Below are positions 57,592 through 64,000 of a DNA stretch of 64,000 nucleotides, one piece after another. Source of the stretch: Candidatus Obscuribacterales bacterium (GTDB lineage: Bacteria > Cyanobacteriota > Vampirovibrionia > Obscuribacterales > Obscuribacteraceae); NCBI GenBank assembly GCA_965228855.1, contig CBDDIJ010000003.1, positions 2,368,001 to 2,432,000 of the forward strand, given 5' to 3'. The translations under genes were made by a program, and so were the position numbers. Each line of letters opens with the position of its first letter. Positions within the stretch are counted from its first letter, which is position 1. The notes under the pieces were generated by a model, which was given only the letters and a program-made list of their open reading frames with translations, did no database searches and was not told the origin of the DNA.

Positions 57592-59313
57592 CTAGAGTCC
57601 GCGCTTCAACGCATCAGTAAGAGTCTTCGCGGTCCCTTCATGAACGGCACTGTCGATGCCCCTCGTACGCGCCGATGATTGACTGTTGAGTCCTGTCTGG
57701 TTAGTAATTCGATTGAAGGTCAGTAGTGCTGACCTTTTCAACTCAGCGAGTTCTGCGCTAGTCCCCTTTATTTCTCCGCAATCATCTACGGTGTTAGCTT
57801 GCTGCGACGACTCGGAACCTTTAGAGGACGGGAACAGCTCTACGGATAACTCACGACCAGAGAGATAGGGTGCACCGTGCATAATTGCTCTCAAATGCAC
57901 CGGGTCTTCGCATTTGTTCTCGTCTTCAATGCTGGATACAGCGAGTACGACCAGAGTATTTGGTGCCGGCTGATACTGACCCAGAGTCGACTCCACCCAG
58001 ATCCAGCCGGCCCCTGGGTGCCAATACTCGACCAACCAATGCTCAAACATTTCGGCTCCATACCAAGTGGGCAAATGAGACATTGTTCGCGCAGGTATTC
58101 CTCGAGCCCGCATTAGGGCCGCGGCCAGATTCGCTCGACTTGTGCAAGAACCGCCAGAAGCGAGCGCCTTCTTCGCATCCAACGCATCAAACACTGTTCC
58201 GTTACCCTTATTCATTTTGGTAAATCTGATAACGCGACGAACATAGGTCTCCAAATCATCGGTTCCGGCACTCAATTGCAGAGCTTTCGCCTTGATATCA
58301 CGGTCATCACTTTGAACGCAAAGAGAACCTCGTCTCCATGGTGACACTATATTCGGTGCCGACAACGAGACGGAAGGTGGTCTAGTGTCCGCTCGGCCTG
58401 CTACTAAAACACGAGACTCCCACTTAATCAGAACAGGCTCCAGCGAAGTCTTAAGGCGAACTTCGCAAACCCAATTAAGTTTATCCTCGCGTCTTTTGAC
58501 AACATATCCAAGCAAGGCACTCGAAGGATCAGTCGATACATCGAGACTCAATGGAATCTGCTCTCGATAGAGACCGGGAATGGGAAAAGTTACGGTGCCG
58601 GACTCAGAAGGGAACAGAGACTTGACACAGGTTTTGTAGTGAACCGATAAAACCCTCGCCTTCTGTCCCCGACTTTGGAAGTCACTATTCGTTAAATGTT
58701 GACCGGCTCGCCTCTTTTGGTCGCTCGACAGTTTCAGGCTTGGTCGACAGAAGAATGCATTTTTTCCAGAGGCATTAATAACCCAGATGGAGAACGCATT
58801 TGTATCGGAAGGAACGGTGAAGGATGTAGAAAACTCGCTCCAATCGGCATCATTTGCAGGCGCCTCAGACGACCAATTTTGAATCATCCGTCCCTTAGCA
58901 TCATATGCGAATGCGTTGACCTTAAGGCAAACCTGATCATTGGTTCCCTTAAGGTGACAGCGAAACTCTAGTTTCTTATTAACCGGAATATTCGAAACTT
59001 TAGCGCCGATGTGGGACGACTCACCGGAGCCACCCTTCACTGCGTTTAGCTGGACCAGCTTACCCGCTCCGTTCAGAGCGGTTAAGATGACGGCGTGCTG
59101 TAGCCCCCAACCTTTGGCATCATCTTCAAATGAGGAATTCGGCAATAGCTCTGGCGCTGAATCGGTAAGCCTGGTTAGGCGTGTCGTATTTTGATTAGTA
59201 GCTTTGGGTGTTTGGGCATCTGCTACGAAACTGCCGACACCGCAGGAAAGGACAAAAAGCAGCACGATTGCCGATGCCTGGTAACGTTTTCTCAAATTCA
59301 TGCCCCGGTTCAA
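57592..59313 (-). CDS. Secreted transglutaminase-like protein with N-terminal carbohydrate-binding-like domain
   Basis: LL.NSSFE CBM-like start; GSCTSRANLAAALMRARGIPAR and HWLVEYW...GW..VEST. Confidence 0.8.
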   Translation of the reverse strand: MNRGMNLRKRYQASAIVLLFVLSCGVGSFVADAQTPKATNQNTTRLTRLTDSAPELLPNSSFEDDAKGWGLQHAVILTALNGAGKLVQLNAVKGGSGESSHIGAKVSNIPVNKKLEFRCHLKGTNDQVCLKVNAFAYDAKGRMIQNWSSEAPANDADWSEFSTSFTVPSDTNAFSIWVINASGKNAFFCRPSLKLSSDQKRRAGQHLTNSDFQSRGQKARVLSVHYKTCVKSLFPSESGTVTFPIPGLYREQIPLSLDVSTDPSSALLGYVVKRREDKLNWVCEVRLKTSLEPVLIKWESRVLVAGRADTRPPSVSLSAPNIVSPWRRGSLCVQSDDRDIKAKALQLSAGTDDLETYVRRVIRFTKMNKGNGTVFDALDAKKALASGGSCTSRANLAAALMRARGIPARTMSHLPTWYGAEMFEHWLVEYWHPGAGWIWVESTLGQYQPAPNTLVVLAVSSIEDENKCEDPVHLRAIMHGAPYLSGRELSVELFPSSKGSESSQQANTVDDCGEIKGTSAELAELKRSALLTFNRITNQTGLNSQSSARTRGIDSAVHEGTAKTLTDALKRGL

Positions 59314-59385
59314 AAGGTTGAATTCAACATATCATCATTTTCGTTCCTCGGGAATAATGGATGAGTATCCGTAGAGGAACTCAAT

Positions 59386-60426
59386 ATGGTCGACGAAAGC
59401 GGCGAAAAACACATCGGCAAATCAGAGAAAAATGTTTCTCGACTGGAATCTCAGATCGGTACCAAAGACGACAATAGTATCGCTACGAAATCGGAACGGA
59501 GCAAGCAGGAAAGCTTCTCCTCGGACACACTGCGAGCGGTATCAGACGACAGAAGTAATTCTCTCCAGATTACCGATGGCGACAGCGTCCTCGTAGACTC
59601 GCATGCAAAGCGTAGTCAGACTTCGGAGCAGGTAAAAACGGAAAGCGGCGAAACTAAAGTTCTGGGGAAAGATGCTCCTGGAACCACAGATGGTGCCGGC
59701 GACGATAAATCAACATCGAAAGTCTTCATCCCGGGCGTCGGAGAGATGGAAATAGACACCGACGCTATGCTTCAAGCAAAGGCTGACCCACTGCGGAAAG
59801 CGGACGGTTCCTTCAAAGATAATCTGGTTGCTTACGATTACAACAAGGAGACCGGACGCTACGAAATAGGCACAAATATAGACGAGATTTTTAAAGAATA
59901 TGTGGACAAAGACGGCATAGTTCCCTTTGGCGGCAAAGTTTCTTGCGACGCATCAAAAAGCCCGAAGAGCAGCGTTTATGCCTCGACCTCGCTTGCAATT
60001 ACAGGAAGTTTCAAAGGCATTGAACGAGACCGGCAGGTTGTCAATGTCAACATCAGCGACCAACTCAAAGTTGGCGGTCAAAACGTCTTCGACGGCAAAC
60101 CACACAGAGGCACTTATCCAATCGCAGCCGAAAGCGGATTAGGTGATTCTCGGCACTGGAAATGGATTGACGCTACCATTCAGCGAATTGGACCCGGGGC
60201 TGAACTGGTAATTTATGGACTGAGTTCTAGCGAAGAGAAACCGACGAACAGCTCCCAATTCGATCATGTTCCTTCCAATCACTGCATTGCAAAAATGAAG
60301 GTCTGGCAAAAGCCTCAGCACGCCTATCCTGGCGACATCTGGCCTCAATACGGCGGACCGAGGAGTCCTGATACAAATTGGAAAAGGAGCGTTACTCAGC
60401 TGAATTTCGCAGAGCAGGTCGAGTAG
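59386..60426 (+). CDS. Hypothetical protein with low-complexity N-terminus
   Basis: ATG after AGAGGA; S/D/K-rich first ~110 aa, globular C-terminus. Confidence 0.75.
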   Translation: MVDESGEKHIGKSEKNVSRLESQIGTKDDNSIATKSERSKQESFSSDTLRAVSDDRSNSLQITDGDSVLVDSHAKRSQTSEQVKTESGETKVLGKDAPGTTDGAGDDKSTSKVFIPGVGEMEIDTDAMLQAKADPLRKADGSFKDNLVAYDYNKETGRYEIGTNIDEIFKEYVDKDGIVPFGGKVSCDASKSPKSSVYASTSLAITGSFKGIERDRQVVNVNISDQLKVGGQNVFDGKPHRGTYPIAAESGLGDSRHWKWIDATIQRIGPGAELVIYGLSSSEEKPTNSSQFDHVPSNHCIAKMKVWQKPQHAYPGDIWPQYGGPRSPDTNWKRSVTQLNFAEQVE

Positions 60427-61475
60427 TGGGCTACTCTTACGGACTGAGAGCGCTGACAAGTTTCACAGCACTACTGTGTCTGTGCTGTTTGCCTGTGCGG
60501 GCAGCCGACGAATCAGAGGTTTCACCGTTTAGCACCGGCAGCTCGGTCACTTCGACCACAGTCCCACAGAGCTTCAAAGAGCTCCCAATAGATGCTGAAG
60601 CCGCAAGTGTTTATGCTGATGTATTGGAAAAGCTCGACCCTATGATGGCCGGGCACGACCACTTCATCGTAGCGCTTGAGAAATTGGCATATGAACTTGA
60701 GAAAAAAAATTTCTTCGACCAGGCCGAAGCGCTGTTAAAGAGAGCAGAAAAGCTCACACTGACCGAATACTTGCAGGTCGAAACGCTGAAATTTAAAATT
60801 CAAGTAGACCTGGCATACTTGAGCTTGATGCAGAAAAAATTCAAGGAAGCTGTCGCGTATGCACGGAAAGCTCGTGAGGATTCGGATCATTCATGGGAGC
60901 CGAGCTATCACGATCCGCAACCTCATGTCGAAACTTTTGAAGCACTGGCAGAAACCTTGATAAACGTAGAACGTCCCGCAGAGGCACTGCCGGTGCTAGA
61001 TGAAGGTCTCGCCTTCATTGCGAAATACAAAAAATTATTCAGCGCAAAACAGTACGCGCTAAACAAAATTGACCTCGACACTTTTAAGGCTGAATCTCTA
61101 ACAAGAATGGGTAAAGTTGAAGCCGCTTCCAGAGCATGGCTCAGCCTCATAAAGGAAACCGAAGATTTGTACGGTGAGAACGTCGGATTCGCTGACATGG
61201 CCGTCGAAAAATATCTCAAATTTTTGGGAGCGAATAATCAGAAAGAGAAAGCCGCCCGTTTCGACAAAACATACGCGGAGCATCGGCTGTATTTGATGAG
61301 ACACAAAAATTTGAATCCAGCCCTTCAGTCTCAGAGAATTTGGAAGGAGCGAGAGGAAGAAGAGAAGGCTAGACGTAAAAATCGTAAACCTCAACGCCCT
61401 ATCGATCCCACTAAGAAAAAAGAAGCAAATGCCGGTTCGTTAACATGGGCGCAGGAGCATCTTCCGCTTAATTGA
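60426..61475 (+). CDS. Secreted TPR-like protein
   Basis: In-frame GTG overlaps the previous stop (TAGTG); signal peptide ending VRA; TPR helices. Confidence 0.72.
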   Translation: MGYSYGLRALTSFTALLCLCCLPVRAADESEVSPFSTGSSVTSTTVPQSFKELPIDAEAASVYADVLEKLDPMMAGHDHFIVALEKLAYELEKKNFFDQAEALLKRAEKLTLTEYLQVETLKFKIQVDLAYLSLMQKKFKEAVAYARKAREDSDHSWEPSYHDPQPHVETFEALAETLINVERPAEALPVLDEGLAFIAKYKKLFSAKQYALNKIDLDTFKAESLTRMGKVEAASRAWLSLIKETEDLYGENVGFADMAVEKYLKFLGANNQKEKAARFDKTYAEHRLYLMRHKNLNPALQSQRIWKEREEEEKARRKNRKPQRPIDPTKKKEANAGSLTWAQEHLPLN

Positions 61476-61504
61476 TAGAATGTCTCAGGCGTCGCGGAGA
61501 TGCC

Positions 61505-62584
61505 ATGAGGAGACACGAAACCAGCATGTCGACAGACGGCGACCAAGCCGCTAAACAACCGAAGGACTATGCTGTGGGAGACATCTCACAGGAATCTGAC
61601 GAGCTCGATCTTTCTCCGCAGCCTGTTGCCGAGAAGCACGACATGCCGCCTCGCGAACTCGCAGAGCAAGCGGAAGGCGGGTTGCCCATACTCGTTGGTG
61701 ATGACGACAGCGCCTCCGGAGAGAGCTCGAATCCAATCGTTACTGTTCAAGAACAAGATGAGGACAGCCCTTCGGAAGAACGTTCGAATTCCATCATCAC
61801 AGTAGACGAAGACGACGATTCCGAAGCAATCGTTCAAGACGGTGAAGACGACCAGATCTTCGAGGACGACGAAGACGGCGACTCCGGTCCGGGCTCTATG
61901 ACTCTCGTCGAACACCTGGGAGAACTTCGCGATCGACTTGCGCGTTGTCTGGCTTATGTAGCGGTTTCATTCGGAGTCGCACTCTACTTTGGAAAGCGAA
62001 TAATCGAGTTTCTCGAGAAGCCTGCCGGCGGCATGAAGTTTCAAGCACTATCGATAGAAGAGCCTCTCATCGTATTCTTCAAGGTTACGTTTTACGCGGC
62101 CCTAGTTATTGCGTCGCCATTCATTCTGTTCGAAGTTTCCCGATTTATTGCACCCGGATTAACCCGAAGGGAGAAACAAATCGTGACGCCGGCTCTGGTT
62201 GGCGGTCCCATACTATTCGTCTGTGGTGCGGCATTCGCCTATTACCTGTTGCTGCCGCAAATGTTCCACTTCTTCAATTCATTCGGCATGGGCATCGCAC
62301 CGATTCACCAGCGACTCGACTTCTACATGTCGCTTGTGGCCTCAATCTTGCTATACATGGGATTGTGCTTCCAATTGCCGATTGTAATCTTTGCACTCTC
62401 GTTCACAGGTCTGGTCACTTCGAATCAACTTATTAAAGTATGGCGCTATGCCGTTTTCGGCGCATCTTGCGTAGCCTTGATCATCACACCTGATCCAACC
62501 GCGTTCTCAATGTTGATCGTCATGGGCGCACTAGTCGGTCTCTATGCTATCTCCGTTGTTATTCTCAAGATTTTTGGGCGCTGA
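61505..62584 (+). CDS. tatC: Twin-arginine translocase subunit TatC
   Basis: MTLVEHLGELRDRL, FIAPGL..REK, G.CFQLP, WRYA and IITPDP motifs; long acidic N-terminal extension; start uncertain. Confidence 0.93.
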   Translation: MRRHETSMSTDGDQAAKQPKDYAVGDISQESDELDLSPQPVAEKHDMPPRELAEQAEGGLPILVGDDDSASGESSNPIVTVQEQDEDSPSEERSNSIITVDEDDDSEAIVQDGEDDQIFEDDEDGDSGPGSMTLVEHLGELRDRLARCLAYVAVSFGVALYFGKRIIEFLEKPAGGMKFQALSIEEPLIVFFKVTFYAALVIASPFILFEVSRFIAPGLTRREKQIVTPALVGGPILFVCGAAFAYYLLLPQMFHFFNSFGMGIAPIHQRLDFYMSLVASILLYMGLCFQLPIVIFALSFTGLVTSNQLIKVWRYAVFGASCVALIITPDPTAFSMLIVMGALVGLYAISVVILKIFGR

Positions 62585-63789
62585 TGGATTATCTAAACGA
62601 CGAACGAATTCTTGACTGGCAAAGCCTGATTTGGATTCCCATAATCATCTCGACGATAATTCGCACCAAGAAAGACTGGCGCGAAATATTCGATGCCGAC
62701 TTCACGATGAAAGACCGCGCGGCGTTGATGCAGATAAACTGGTTCATCATCACGCCGATCGTCGTCCTTCTCCATGAATGTGGACACGCGGTCGCCATGC
62801 TATTTTACGGAAGTAAGATAGTCGAATTCCACTACGCGCTGATGTGGGGTTTCGTCAGACAGGATGTGGCATTTACAGACGAACGAGACCTGGTCATCAA
62901 ACTCGCCGGAAGTGTCGTACAAGTTGTGCTCGGGATGTTGATGCTGGTCGCGGCTGTTTTCGTCAAGTCACCGCCCGTGGTGACACTCTTGGTATACAGC
63001 GGTTTGACGGCAATCGCATCGACTCTGATCCTTTATACTTTGAGTTGCTTTTCCGGCTTCATCGGCGACTGGACCTGGATCTACACTTCCCCCAATTTGC
63101 AGTGGAAGCTTGTGATCGGAAGCATTCACGTCACGCTGGTCGGTTTACTCATATACCTTTTCTATGGGTTTTATCCGCGTCTGTGGTTTGCCGGCAAAAC
63201 GCGACCAAAGTGGCATAAAGACTACCTCGCCGCCCAGGCGCGCATAGCGGAAGACCCGTCGGCCAATAACTACTTGAGCCTCGCCTGGCTCTATTACCTC
63301 GTCAACCTTGATAAAGGCGCGCAAAAGACGCTGGATATTGTCAAAGAAAAGGACCCATCCCAGCTTGAGTACTACGTTCTCAATGGTTGGCTACGACAAA
63401 ATAAGGGCGATACGGAGGCGGCAGTCGAGAATTTCGAGGTAATAGTGAACTCGGCAGAGGCGAACTCCTACCAGAAGTGCCGAGCTCTAATGGCGATCGG
63501 GCATTGCCTGCTTTATCAGATGGAAAGCAAGCTCCCACGAGGTGGTAAACCTACATATGACCAGCTGAAGCCGGTAATTGCCTCCTACGAACAAGCCTAT
63601 GCCGCAGAACCCGAGGTTGCTGATCCTATCTATTACAAGGCCACCCTACTTAATAAAGTAGGACTTCACAAAGAAGCGGAGTTTGAACTGAAAGATTTAC
63701 AAGGTCGCAAATGGCTCGACCCTGCCCTCTCCGAGCTTTACCAACACGAATTACAGGTTGCCAGGAAGTCCGATAACCGGCAGCAATAA
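62584..63789 (+). CDS. M50-like membrane metallopeptidase with C-terminal TPRs
   Basis: LLHECGH in a TM helix, LAGS, GDW; TPR tail; coupled to tatC (TGATG). Confidence 0.78.
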   Translation: MDYLNDERILDWQSLIWIPIIISTIIRTKKDWREIFDADFTMKDRAALMQINWFIITPIVVLLHECGHAVAMLFYGSKIVEFHYALMWGFVRQDVAFTDERDLVIKLAGSVVQVVLGMLMLVAAVFVKSPPVVTLLVYSGLTAIASTLILYTLSCFSGFIGDWTWIYTSPNLQWKLVIGSIHVTLVGLLIYLFYGFYPRLWFAGKTRPKWHKDYLAAQARIAEDPSANNYLSLAWLYYLVNLDKGAQKTLDIVKEKDPSQLEYYVLNGWLRQNKGDTEAAVENFEVIVNSAEANSYQKCRALMAIGHCLLYQMESKLPRGGKPTYDQLKPVIASYEQAYAAEPEVADPIYYKATLLNKVGLHKEAEFELKDLQGRKWLDPALSELYQHELQVARKSDNRQQ

Positions 63790-63883
63790 AATTCTCTCAG
63801 GCTTGTCATGTTATGTGCTGGCATAATGTCAAGCTCAACGGTAGCCCGTACTAATAGAAACCCTGGATCCCGCATACCTTTCT

Positions 63884-64000
63884 ATGTTTCCAGACCCGAA
63901 CAACCTCTCATTATGGTGCATATCAGGAGTCTCGCTCCTGGTCGCGCTCGACACCACGGTCAGACTGTGGACCGAGCGGCATCGCATGATGAAAGATGAT
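63884..64000 (+). CDS. Start of a probable membrane protein, possibly a paralog of the preceding gene (partial)
   Basis: MFPDPNNLSLWCISGVSLLVALDTTVRLWTERHRMMKDD; open to the window end. Confidence 0.55.
   Translation, partial: MFPDPNNLSLWCISGVSLLVALDTTVRLWTERHRMMKDD

Noticed and set aside
63808..63999. 63-aa ORF in the track
   Set aside because: A different frame starting at 63884 gives a more plausible membrane-protein N-terminus.

Overview
Gene-dense (~50% GC) bacterial chromosomal segment. Cyanobacteria-like housekeeping genes, no photosynthesis genes in the window, and many secreted TPR, WG-repeat and beta-helix proteins suggest a non-photosynthetic cyanobacterial relative (Melainabacteria/Obscuribacterales-like); this taxonomy is inference. 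Core content: partial fabI, an etfBA/fixAB + fused FixCX-like operon, corA, acyl-CoA synthetase, rsfS, HU, rpsO-pnp, xerD, rpsF-ssb-rpsR, tRNA-Leu(CAG), infC, rpmI-rplT, a TrmH methylase and tatC, interspersed with peptidases, hydrolases and hypothetical secreted proteins. I saw no CRISPR array, transposase, prophage or rRNA. Most notable observations: a decayed tandem copy of infC between infC and rpmI; an Sm/Hfq-like domain fused to a beta-propeller; a candidate structured C-rich sRNA divergent from a pseudo-receiver/GAF/LuxR regulator; a RacA-like HTH/acidic/Zn-ribbon/polyQ protein next to xerD; two small membrane ORFs missing from the ORF track; and a frameshifted WG-repeat paralog. All product calls come from motif recognition by eye, not from database searches.
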